From positions 546,285 through 610,284 of the forward strand of contig CAYNRJ010000001.1 in NCBI GenBank assembly GCA_964399865.1: a stretch of 64,000 nucleotides of DNA, given 5' to 3'. The DNA comes from an uncultured Candidatus Saccharibacteria bacterium. Lineage in GTDB: Bacteria > Patescibacteriota > Minisyncoccia > Phycocordibacterales > UBA2100. The position numbers and the translations under genes are program-made. The notes below the pieces were generated by a model that saw only the letters and a list, made by a program, of their open reading frames with translations, was not told the DNA's origin and searched no databases. Shown here in pieces: positions 17,315-25,030 of the stretch. The first letter of the stretch is position 1; every line of letters starts with the position of its first letter.

Positions 17315-17728
17315 TTATGGAGAAACAGTATTTGCGCATCCCGTAGCATATCCAGGGATTGAATTTGTTTCGAGACAGAATGTGATCGTGTAATCGGTGC
17401 CGCTACTGTTTGAAATGTATTCATATTGGTACGCAGCGCCAAGCGGATCTACAGGAATAGTGTCGATTGCTCCATCTGCGATAAGCTCCGCGCCCGCAGT
17501 CGAGCCCGAGGTAATGGGAGTCTGAGTAGTTTCGATGGGGAATATACCGCCATTAGTAGCGGCATAAATAGCGAGCGCCTTTTGCAAACTGCCTACCTCT
17601 GACATGCGCTTTGTGTCGCGAGCTTTTGTACGAACGACGCCAAGAGAGGCGACCACAACAGAAGCCAAAAGACCGATAATTGCGACAACAACAAGTAATT
17701 CAATCAGGGTAAACCCCCTTGTTTTCAT
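17315..17728 (-). CDS. Type IV prepilin / pseudopilin with an N-terminal cleavage-methylation domain
   Basis: Internal start MKTRGFTLIELLVVVAIIGLLASVVVASL is the class III signal G|FTLIEL with Glu at +5; a C-terminal Cys pair (FCLET...GCAN) is typical of pilins. Confidence 0.75.
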   Translation of the reverse strand: MKTRGFTLIELLVVVAIIGLLASVVVASLGVVRTKARDTKRMSEVGSLQKALAIYAATNGGIFPIETTQTPITSGSTAGAELIADGAIDTIPVDPLGAAYQYEYISNSSGTDYTITFCLETNSIPGYATGCANTVSP

Positions 17729-17810
17729 TAGGTCATTGTATGAGAGATGTGAGACCATTCCCACCAGAGTCTGTGCACATCTTTTTGCTTTATGGTACAA
17801 CAGTCGATAC

Positions 17811-17895
17811 GGAGGGGTGGCGGAGTGGTCTAACGCACTTGTCTTGAAAACAAGAGTGTCGCAAGGCACCGTGAGTTCGAATCTCACCCCCTCCG
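17811..17895 (+). tRNA. tRNA-Ser (anticodon UGA), class II with a long variable arm
   Basis: GGAGGGG-TG-GCGG-AGTGGTCTAA-CGC-A-CTTGT-CTTGAAA-ACAAG-(long arm)-TGAGTTCGAATCTCA-CCCCTCC-G. Confidence 0.8.
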
Positions 17896-17927
17896 CAAAG
17901 GCGCCAACTTAATGATATTGTGGGAGT

Positions 17928-18416
17928 ATGAACAGTATGAGTTCCGCACTCAAATTTTTTCTCGAGAGAAGTAAGTATCTAGTCCTCATTACATCAGCTG
18001 CCACACTTATAGCAGCAGCTGTGACATTTGTGTGGGCTACGGTGAGTATAATCGCGAATGCGGGCCGTCTCTTGGTTGGCCTCCTCAACGACGGGGCCGT
18101 ACATTCCGCTGACACTGGCGTCGGCATCGTATCCGCACTGGACTCAGTTCTTATGGCGATAATACTTTATATATTTTCAATTGCTCTGTACGAATTATTT
18201 ATAGGAAAACTTGAGGTGCCGGAATGGCTCGCGGTTAAGAACCTCGACGGACTAAAAGAGAAATTAGCGAGCGTTGTTATCCTTATTCTCGCAGTAACAT
18301 TTTTGAAGCATCTAGTGGAATGGAAAGACGCACTTGATACATTTTTATTCGGACTCGCGATTGCTGCCGTCCTTATCGCACTCGTTTTTTACATGAAGCA
18401 CAAGAAGGGCGAGTAA
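17928..18416 (+). CDS. YqhA/UPF0114-like membrane protein
   Basis: 162 aa; TM helices and the segment YELFIGKLEVPEW...LKEKLASVVILILAVTFLKHLVEW resemble the YqhA family. Confidence 0.45.
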   Translation: MNSMSSALKFFLERSKYLVLITSAATLIAAAVTFVWATVSIIANAGRLLVGLLNDGAVHSADTGVGIVSALDSVLMAIILYIFSIALYELFIGKLEVPEWLAVKNLDGLKEKLASVVILILAVTFLKHLVEWKDALDTFLFGLAIAAVLIALVFYMKHKKGE

Positions 18417-18435
18417 CGACAAACTTTTTTCGAAC

Positions 18436-18789
18436 GTGAAGCAGTATCTTGGAGTTGTCGAGAAAGGTAAGAAGCGGGCGACACCGCTCGGTTTCCCGAC
18501 GGTTAATATAAAACTGGAAGATGCGACAACATCAGGTATTTATACTGCGCGGGTGAAGGTGGGGGAGGAAGAATATAGCGCTGCGGCATTTGCAGATCCA
18601 AGGAGGAAGCTCCTCGAGGCGTATATGTTGGATTTTTCGCCGCGTGAACTGTACGGGGAAGAAATTACGATCGAGCTTTTCGAAAAAATCCGCGACAGCG
18701 AAATGTTCGAAAATGATACGAAACTTCGTGCCGCGATAGACGCTGATGTTAAAAAGGTACGAGAGTATTTTAAGAATCACACGATATGA
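18436..18789 (+). CDS. Monofunctional riboflavin kinase (RibF C-terminal-domain homologue)
   Basis: 117 aa; [20 protein letters not shown]...GIYTARV... matches the riboflavin kinase domain G.V..G...G...G.PTAN. Uses a GTG start. Confidence 0.7.
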   Translation: MKQYLGVVEKGKKRATPLGFPTVNIKLEDATTSGIYTARVKVGEEEYSAAAFADPRRKLLEAYMLDFSPRELYGEEITIELFEKIRDSEMFENDTKLRAAIDADVKKVREYFKNHTI

Positions 18790-19220
18790 CTCGCATTATG
18801 GTGTTCGGGACATTCGACATGATCCACAAGGGTCATGAAGATTTCTTTCGCCAAGCACGCTCTCTTGCGCTCGATCCGCACCTCATTGTTTCGATTGCCA
18901 GAGATTCTTCTGTCACACGTATCAAAGGGGCGCAGCCGCGGAATCGTGAGGATGAACGTTTGGCGCTCGTCGCTGCGAATCCATTTGTAGATAAAGCTGT
19001 GCTCGGAGATACGAGTGGGTATGTAGGGCATATTCGGGAAAATGCACCAGCCATTATTGCGCTCGGGTATGATCAACGAGGAGAGTATGTTGATCATCTT
19101 GAGGAGGATTTGAAAAAGGCAGGACTTAATATTCGTATCGAGAGATTGAAACCATACAAACCCGAGGAATATAAGACGTCGAAGCTCTCGAAACGAGATG
19201 ATGGTACACTAGCGCCATGA
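18786..19220 (+). CDS. Cytidylyltransferase-fold FAD synthase (FMN adenylyltransferase), archaeal RibL-like
   Basis: 144 aa; [21 protein letters not shown]...[11 protein letters not shown]...KAVLG...IIALGYDQ carries the (H/T)xGH nucleotidyltransferase motif and resembles RibL. Overlaps the riboflavin kinase gene by ATGA. Confidence 0.6.
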   Translation: MTRIMVFGTFDMIHKGHEDFFRQARSLALDPHLIVSIARDSSVTRIKGAQPRNREDERLALVAANPFVDKAVLGDTSGYVGHIRENAPAIIALGYDQRGEYVDHLEEDLKKAGLNIRIERLKPYKPEEYKTSKLSKRDDGTLAP

Positions 19221-19600
19221 AATATCTTGGTATTGATTACGGAGCGCACTCTGTTGGTTTCGCTGTTTCCGATAGCGGCGGCATGATCGCGTTCCCACAC
19301 GATGTCGTGCCAAACAACCAAACACTTCTCCCGTTCATTCTGGAGCGCATCGAAAAAGAGCGGATAGGAGCAATTGTGGTAGGCGACACACGCGTGCTTT
19401 CAGGGGCAGCGAACCCCATCACTGCAGAAGCGGATGAATTCATAAAAGTTCTGAGAGAGAAAGCGGGAATACCCGTTGAGACGATTTGGGAGATGTGGAG
19501 TTCGATTGAGGCATCACGATTTGCCCCAAAAGGGGAAGAACACAATGACGCTTCGGCTGCGGCTGTGATCTTACAGCGATACTTGGATTCCAAGAGCTAA
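19217..19600 (+). CDS. ruvX: YqgF/RuvX Holliday-junction-resolvase-like putative pre-16S rRNA nuclease
   Basis: 127 aa; [19 protein letters not shown]...IGAIVVGDT is the YqgF RNase H-like fold. Confidence 0.8.
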   Translation: MKYLGIDYGAHSVGFAVSDSGGMIAFPHDVVPNNQTLLPFILERIEKERIGAIVVGDTRVLSGAANPITAEADEFIKVLREKAGIPVETIWEMWSSIEASRFAPKGEEHNDASAAAVILQRYLDSKS

Positions 19601-19609
19601 TCCTTTAGA

Positions 19610-19951
19610 GTGTCACCTATGACTGATCAAATCTCGTACAATGATTTTGCAAAGCTCGATATCCGCGTCGGCACGGTACTCGCGGCCGAACTTGTACCAG
19701 AAACAGATAAACTTATTAAATGCACGATTGATTTTGGAGAACTCGGACAGAGAACCATCGTTTCGGGGATTGCAGAGTGGAAACGTCCGGAAGAACTCGT
19801 GGGGCGCCAACTGCCATACATCGTGAATCTTATTCCGAGAATGCTCCGCGGCGTGGAAAGTCAGGGTATGCTTCTTGCGGCGAGTGATGAAATTGGTGTT
19901 GCGCTTATCCAGCCAGAGCGACCGATTCCGCCGGGAACAAAATTACGCTAA
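19610..19951 (+). CDS. tRNA-binding protein (CsaA/Trbp111 EMAP-like OB-fold domain)
   Basis: 113 aa; FAKLDIRVGTVLAAELVPETDKLIKCTIDFGE...RTIVSGIAEW...LRGVESQGMLLAA is the Myf/EMAP tRNA-binding domain. Confidence 0.75.
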   Translation: MSPMTDQISYNDFAKLDIRVGTVLAAELVPETDKLIKCTIDFGELGQRTIVSGIAEWKRPEELVGRQLPYIVNLIPRMLRGVESQGMLLAASDEIGVALIQPERPIPPGTKLR

Positions 19952-19975
19952 GAGCGCTAATTCCTTTTAAAACGT

Positions 19976-19984
19976 TGATATAAT
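19976..19984 (+). promoter_or_regulatory. Extended -10 promoter element TGATATAAT upstream of pilM
   Basis: TGnTATAAT read directly from the sequence; implies the pilM start is at the downstream ATG at about 20075. Confidence 0.4.
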
Positions 19985-20074
19985 GTGCACATGCATTTGC
20001 ATGCGCCTTCTGATATTGCCAAACGAGGCAGCTCACTCGCTGGTCTCTTGGACCATTGGTTTCCTGTACCAAAG

Positions 20075-21124
20075 ATGCTGTATCAGCATTCTGCAGGCAT
20101 AGACATTTCAGACTCGTCGATAAAATGGCTACAACTTCGCGGTGCAGAGAATAAGAAAGATCCTATCGTTTCGTGGGGTGAAGTACCCCTTGCGGAAGGA
20201 ATAGTCGTGAATGGTTTCGTAAAAGACGTCCCAGCTCTCGTCGCCGCACTTCAGGATGTTCATAGTAAATCCGGGGGAATAGTAAATGTACATGCAGCGC
20301 TTCCCGAAGAGGCTGCATATATATTCGGCATGCATGTTCCTGGAAATTCGACGCGGAAAAGTGTTCTGAGTACGATTGAATTTGAATTGCCGGCGCGCGT
20401 TCCGATTCCGCCAAATGAAGCGGTGTATGATTTTGACGTTATCGTAAATCACGACGATGGGGGGCAGGAGATCGGGGTAGTAGTGTTCCCGCGCGAGCTT
20501 GCGGAAGGTTACGCTGCAGCGTTCCGTGATGCGGGTCTTCGCTTACTCTCTCTCGAAGTTGAGGCGCGCTCAATTGCTCGTGCTGTCTCGAGCGATTCTG
20601 CCGAAGAGCCGATCACGCTCCTTGTGGATTTTGGGCGCGCGCGCACTGGGTTTGCCATTCTTAAGCGCGGCGTCCCTATATTTACTTCAACGGTGAATGT
20701 GGGCGGCGCAGCTATGACAAGTATTCTCGCGGAGAAACTCTCTCTGTCTAAAGAGGATGCAGAGAGTTTTAAGAACGACAAAGGTTTGCTTGCGGCAGCA
20801 GGTGAGAAATCCCCTACAGCCGAAGCGCTCATTTCTACCGTCTCTGCGCTTGCTGATGAGATCGTGCGTCACTATCATTACTGGGATACGAGGCGAAATG
20901 ATCATGGGGAACGCGTCACTCCTGTCGAGAATGTATTTCTCGTCGGGGGGAACGCAAACCTCAAAGGTCTCGGTGACTACATTTCTGCGCGAGTACAAGC
21001 TCCCGTTGCAAAGCCGAATGTGTGGCGTCATGTGTGCTCATTCGACGAATACATTCCACCGATCGATCGACGCACTTCACTTCAATATGCAACCGCAGTA
21101 GGTCTCGCCCTTCGAGGCGTGTAA
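20075..21124 (+). CDS. pilM: Type IV pilus assembly protein PilM (actin-like ATPase fold)
   Basis: GIDISDSSIKWLQL...; ASKHA-fold motifs; followed by pilN-like and pilO-like genes. The upstream in-frame start at 19985 is possible. Confidence 0.75.
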   Translation: MLYQHSAGIDISDSSIKWLQLRGAENKKDPIVSWGEVPLAEGIVVNGFVKDVPALVAALQDVHSKSGGIVNVHAALPEEAAYIFGMHVPGNSTRKSVLSTIEFELPARVPIPPNEAVYDFDVIVNHDDGGQEIGVVVFPRELAEGYAAAFRDAGLRLLSLEVEARSIARAVSSDSAEEPITLLVDFGRARTGFAILKRGVPIFTSTVNVGGAAMTSILAEKLSLSKEDAESFKNDKGLLAAAGEKSPTAEALISTVSALADEIVRHYHYWDTRRNDHGERVTPVENVFLVGGNANLKGLGDYISARVQAPVAKPNVWRHVCSFDEYIPPIDRRTSLQYATAVGLALRGV

Positions 21125-21134
21125 TCATTTTTAT

Positions 21135-21665
21135 ATGTCCAACGTACTTCCTACAGCTTCTCAAAAAGAAATATGGAGTTTCCACAGAGCGAATCTCATT
21201 CTTGTTGGTTCCCTCGTGCTTCTCGCTGGCGCTTGTATTGCACTACTCACACTCGTTCCTAGTGTGATTGCAACGGGTTTCTACGAGGAGAATAAAATCC
21301 AAGAAGGGGATGGTGGATTACTTACTGCAGCTGAAGCCGAAGCAGAGAAAAATGAAATGCTTCGAGCAAAAGCACTCATAACAGCCTTCATGCCACTTGC
21401 TACCTCGACATCTCCATCATTTGAAGCTGTAACGGCTGCTCTCAGCGTGCGTCCGAAGGGTGCTTTGGTGACGGAGATCAGGTACTCAAAACTCGACGCT
21501 GGAACAATAGTTATAAATGGGACTGCAACAGATCGCGCAACGATCAGTGCGTACCGTAATGCGCTCGATGAGATTCCTTCTTTCAAAACCGTCACCGTCC
21601 CTGTAGGTGTTTTCGCTGGAGCGGAAGGCGGTAAATTCTCAATAACTCTGACCGGCGCATTTTAA
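21135..21665 (+). CDS. pilN: PilN-like pilus assembly protein (single TM helix, coiled coil, periplasmic domain)
   Basis: 176 aa; N-terminal TM helix LILVGSLVLLAGACIALLTLV; position directly after pilM. Confidence 0.5.
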   Translation: MSNVLPTASQKEIWSFHRANLILVGSLVLLAGACIALLTLVPSVIATGFYEENKIQEGDGGLLTAAEAEAEKNEMLRAKALITAFMPLATSTSPSFEAVTAALSVRPKGALVTEIRYSKLDAGTIVINGTATDRATISAYRNALDEIPSFKTVTVPVGVFAGAEGGKFSITLTGAF

Positions 21666-21670
21666 AATAT

Positions 21671-22231
21671 ATGCTTTCTCGGAAGAAAAATTACATATCA
21701 ATGCTCGCCCTACTCATCGCGCTATCCATGTGGGGTCTTGTCGGGTATCTCAGTTGGACGCTTTCGGGGAAGATGGCTGCGCACATGTCAGAACAAGTTT
21801 CCGTAGGAGTGGGCGAGCAAGACATAGAAAGTGCGATTCGAGTACGTACCCTTGCTCGCGAGACAAAAGATCTGCGTACGGATTTGGAAACGAACGCGAA
21901 TCGTGAGGCGATTTCAATTGTGGAATCAATTGAAGCAATCGAGAAGGATGCAGGCGTCGACATCACAATTGGTGAGGTCCTGAGTGAGCCCACAAAGACA
22001 GCTGCTTCTCCTACAGTGCCATCTCTTCGCACCATAGGCATAGCAGTGGAGGCCATGGGTAGCTTCCGCGAGGTTATGCATGCAGCGGCGCTCATTCACT
22101 CTCTTCCCGTGCCTTCGGTCGTAAAGTCGATGCAGTTCGAACGTTTGTCGGGGGATGGAATTTCTGCAGGAAACGAGTGGAGATTAGTAACTGAACTTCG
22201 AGTGAGTACGATTGCTGATATTTCATCATGA
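21671..22231 (+). CDS. pilO: PilO-like pilus assembly protein
   Basis: 186 aa; single TM helix then a coiled coil; third gene of a pilMNO-like cluster. Confidence 0.45.
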   Translation: MLSRKKNYISMLALLIALSMWGLVGYLSWTLSGKMAAHMSEQVSVGVGEQDIESAIRVRTLARETKDLRTDLETNANREAISIVESIEAIEKDAGVDITIGEVLSEPTKTAASPTVPSLRTIGIAVEAMGSFREVMHAAALIHSLPVPSVVKSMQFERLSGDGISAGNEWRLVTELRVSTIADISS

Positions 22232-22563
22232 AATTCTCCCATTCACACTGGAATAAAGTGAGAGACGCATATGCCAATCGGACGGAGCCCGAATCTTTCC
22301 GTATTCTTGCGCGAGTGTACTGGCACGCGCTTTTATATGTGACCACATGCATAGTGCTTATCGCCGTATCATACGGATTGTGGCAACTCGTTGCGGTTTT
22401 CAGTGGCCCGAAAGAGAGCCCCGTCTTGGTTTCAAGTGAAGCTAGCCCCCCTCTCATTAATCGTACTCAGCTTGAGACTACAGTGCAGGGTTTTAAAGAT
22501 CGACAGGCAAAATACGAATTCTTGAAATCGAATCCGCCTCAACTGTCCGATCCTTCGAGATAA
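22228..22563 (+). CDS. Hypothetical membrane protein, fourth gene of the pilM cluster (possibly PilP-like)
   Basis: 111 aa; one TM helix; start overlaps the pilO-like stop (ATGA). Confidence 0.35.
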   Translation: MKFSHSHWNKVRDAYANRTEPESFRILARVYWHALLYVTTCIVLIAVSYGLWQLVAVFSGPKESPVLVSSEASPPLINRTQLETTVQGFKDRQAKYEFLKSNPPQLSDPSR

Positions 22564-22641
22564 AACGTGTATCGCGTTCACTTCCGTGAATGTGTTCGGA
22601 AAAATAAAGAATACGTAGTATTCTTTCATTGTTCATACAGA

Positions 22642-22716
22642 GCCCCTATAGCTCAATGGATAGAGCAGCGCTCTTCTAAGGCGTTGATCTAGGTTCGACT
22701 CCTGGTAGGGGCACCA
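22642..22716 (+). tRNA. tRNA-Arg (anticodon UCU) with encoded CCA
   Basis: GCCCCTA-TA-GCTC-AATGGATA-GAGC-A-GCGCT-CTTCTAA-GGCGT-TGAT-CTAGG-TTCGACT-CCTGG-TAGGGGC-ACCA. Confidence 0.8.
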
Positions 22717-22753
22717 CAAATAAAAACCGATCGGTTTTTATTTGTGGTGCCCC
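22708..22753. repeat. Perfect 46-bp palindrome (23-nt arms) that contains the 3' acceptor strand and CCA of tRNA-Arg(UCU)
   Basis: GGGGCACCACAAATAAAAACCGA|TCGGTTTTTATTTGTGGTGCCCC, read directly from the sequence. Confidence 0.85.
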
Positions 22754-22781
22754 GCAAGACAGGGTACAGTGCAAATTTGAA

Positions 22782-22854
22782 GCACCCTTAGCTCAGTTGG
22801 TAGAGCAACCCCTTTACACGGGGAAGGTCGTAGGTTCGAGTCCTACAGGGTGCA
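22782..22854 (+). tRNA. tRNA-Val (anticodon UAC)
   Basis: GCACCCT-TA-GCTC-AGTTGGTA-GAGC-A-ACCCC-TTTACAC-GGGGA-AGGTC-GTAGG-TTCGAGT-CCTAC-AGGGTGC-A. Confidence 0.8.
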
Positions 22855-22868
22855 CAAAAGACACAAAC

Positions 22869-22900
22869 ATCCCGCCTTCGCGGGATTTTGTGCTTTTGTG
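22869..22900 (+). terminator. Rho-independent terminator after tRNA-Val
   Basis: ATCCCGC-CTTC-GCGGGAT followed by TTTTGTGCTTTTGTG. Outer sequences GTGCACAAAAGACACAAA and TTTTGTGCTTTTGTGCA are also inverted repeats. Confidence 0.75.
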
Positions 22901-23080
22901 CAAGACGCAGCGTTGTGAGGCAAGCTTGCCGAACCGCGAGTCGGGGTCGAGAAAATGCGATTGCGACGGCAAGCGCATTATTCGTGACCACAAAAGGGTC
23001 CGATCTCAAAAAGAGGCTTCAATACATGCCGTATTGTTTTCTTAATGAGTGAATGGTATAGTGCCGCGACACTAAAAAGT

Positions 23081-23539
23081 ATGGCAACTGCAGTAAAAAC
23101 ATCACCAGTTGATATGGCCGCGCGAAAGGCTATAGACCTCCGACCAGGGGACACTGTTCGCGTATTCCAGAAAATTGAAGAAGAAAAAGGTAAGTACCGC
23201 CTCCAAGCATTTGAAGGACTCGTTCTCGCCAGAAAGCACGGTGCTGAAGCAGGTGCGACTTTCACCGTTCGTCGTGTTGCAAGTGGTGTTGGCGTAGAAA
23301 AGATCTTCCCGCTCTATTCTCCGATGATAGACCATATCGAAATCGTCAAAAGAACTCTTGTTCGCCGTGCAAAGCTTTACTACATCCGCGATAAAGTCGC
23401 GCGTGAAGCTCGTCGTCAGTTACGTCGTACTCGTATGATGACTCCAGCGGAATTGGAGACAGTCACACCAGAAACGCTAGAGAAGAAAGATTCCTCGGCT
23501 GAATCGGTAGCCGTTGGAAAAGAAGCAAAAGCAGAGTAA
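23081..23539 (+). CDS. rplS: 50S ribosomal protein L19 with a C-terminal extension
   Basis: RPGDTVRVFQKIEEEKGKYRLQAFEGLVLARKHGAEAGATFTVRRVASGVGVEKIFPLYSPMIDHIEIVKR matches the L19 consensus. Confidence 0.85.
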   Translation: MATAVKTSPVDMAARKAIDLRPGDTVRVFQKIEEEKGKYRLQAFEGLVLARKHGAEAGATFTVRRVASGVGVEKIFPLYSPMIDHIEIVKRTLVRRAKLYYIRDKVAREARRQLRRTRMMTPAELETVTPETLEKKDSSAESVAVGKEAKAE

Positions 23540-23551
23540 CATAGGCCTCAC

Positions 23552-23635
23552 GCGCAGGTGGCGAAATTGGTAGACGTACTACCTTGAGGTGGTAGCGCCC
23601 GCAAGGGCTTGGGGGTTCGAGTCCCCCCCTGCGCA
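23552..23635 (+). tRNA. tRNA-Leu (anticodon GAG), class II
   Basis: GCGCAGG-TG-GCGAAATTGGTAGACGC... anticodon loop TTGAGGT, long variable arm, T arm GGGGG-TTCGAGT-CCCCC, acceptor CCTGCGC-A. Confidence 0.8.
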
Positions 23636-23647
23636 CTCAAAGCATAG

Positions 23648-23672
23648 GCGCCCCGAAAGGGGTGCTTTTGCG
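23648..23672 (+). terminator. Rho-independent terminator after rplS and tRNA-Leu; also ends the convergent gene 23673..24413
   Basis: GCGCCCC-GAAA-GGGGTGC followed by TTTTGCG. Confidence 0.7.
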
Positions 23673-24413
23673 TTATGACTTGCTTGGCGGGAGGTCAGTC
23701 GCCGGAGGCTCGAAGTATTTCTTTTCTTCAACGTTGCGTATTTCCGATCTTCCATTTTTCCACTCTAAGTCATTGCGTGCGTACACTTTTCGCCAGATTT
23801 CCTGCATTCTATTTACTCCCTCTACCTTGCGAATGTTTATAGCCTCTCGCATATCTCGGTCCAATTCACTGTTGTTCTCTGGCCATCCAATTATGATTCC
23901 TTTAAATCCATTCCTACCCACTTGATCTGAATTTCTATAAAACAGACACCAATACTGGTACCCTCCAAAATTATTCACCGTTAGCACACGGCCGTTCTCT
24001 TCCAGTATTTTTAATGCCTCCCGATCGGAGCGCAGTTCAATCATTTCTAACCCACCGCCATGTGTGTCATCACTAAATTCAGGCGCTTCTCCGTAGACAG
24101 GTTTCCCGTCCGGACCAATGGTAATCTCAAAAGAACAGGCTTGTGTAAGACCATCTCCGGTACCGACAATTGCAATACGAACTCCCGGAGTTCGGAGGAT
24201 CTCGTTTGCGGAAAGTACCTCAGAGTCACGAGTTCCTTCCCGTACCGTTGCGGGTGTCTGAGAGCGGAGCTTTTGTAGTCTCGCGATGAGATCCGCGAGG
24301 TCGTCCTTAGTGACATCACCCAAAATCATCTTCTCTCGTACCTCTTGTACGATGTGGTCTGCCACGGTGAGCTCACGAGGCTTTTCTGGCTTAAAGTTCT
24401 CCCCGTTGTTCAT
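23673..24413 (-). CDS. Hypothetical cytoplasmic protein with a Gly-rich motif
   Basis: 246 aa, no TM helix or signal peptide; contains RIAIVGTGDG and THGGGLEMIEL. No family recognised from sequence alone. Confidence 0.5.
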   Translation of the reverse strand: MNNGENFKPEKPRELTVADHIVQEVREKMILGDVTKDDLADLIARLQKLRSQTPATVREGTRDSEVLSANEILRTPGVRIAIVGTGDGLTQACSFEITIGPDGKPVYGEAPEFSDDTHGGGLEMIELRSDREALKILEENGRVLTVNNFGGYQYWCLFYRNSDQVGRNGFKGIIIGWPENNSELDRDMREAINIRKVEGVNRMQEIWRKVYARNDLEWKNGRSEIRNVEEKKYFEPPATDLPPSKS

Positions 24414-24469
24414 GCCTGCATTCTATCAAGAACATGAAGGTATTGAATGGGATTTGTTATGATTGCCGC

Positions 24470-25030
24470 ATGGCTCTATTTACAGGAAAAGGTGATCAAG
24501 GCACGACAAAACTTTTTGATTCTCCTCAAGGAGTACGTGTTTCCAAATCATCCCCGATATTTGAATGTTTAGGGCAGCTCGATGAGTTGAATACTCTTAC
24601 AGGTTGGTGCAAAGTCGCATGCCCAAATGACTTTGTTGTAGAAGGTCGGCCAGGCAAAGAAATCCTTCACGAAGTACAGGACCACCTCTTTACGATCCAG
24701 GCAGAAGTTGCCGGCGCTCCGAAATCAGTACCGCAAGCAAGCATAGAAGCCCTCAGTGCGCTTATAAACAACATTGAGAAAGAGCTGCCGGAAATAAAAA
24801 CTTTTTTCGTTCCTGGTGGAACTGAATTTTCTGCACGACTCGACGTTACTCGCGCAGTTTCAAGAAGGGCAGAGCGGCGGCTTGTCACGCTCCACGAGGG
24901 AGGGGAACGTGCGGTGTCGGAATCTAGTCGTGCGTATGCCAATCGACTCTCATCTCTTTTTTATGCTCTGACCCGTTTGGTTAATCATCGTGCGGGCGCT
25001 CCAGAAAGCGTACCCAACTATCGCTCATGA
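24470..25030 (+). CDS. PduO-type ATP:cob(I)alamin adenosyltransferase (MMAB/Cob_adeno_trans family)
   Basis: Internal start MALFTGKGDQGTTKLFDSPQGVRVSKSSPIFECLGQLDELN... and ...VPGG...ARL.V.RAV.RRAERR match PduO-type adenosyltransferase signatures. Confidence 0.7.
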   Translation: MALFTGKGDQGTTKLFDSPQGVRVSKSSPIFECLGQLDELNTLTGWCKVACPNDFVVEGRPGKEILHEVQDHLFTIQAEVAGAPKSVPQASIEALSALINNIEKELPEIKTFFVPGGTEFSARLDVTRAVSRRAERRLVTLHEGGERAVSESSRAYANRLSSLFYALTRLVNHRAGAPESVPNYRS

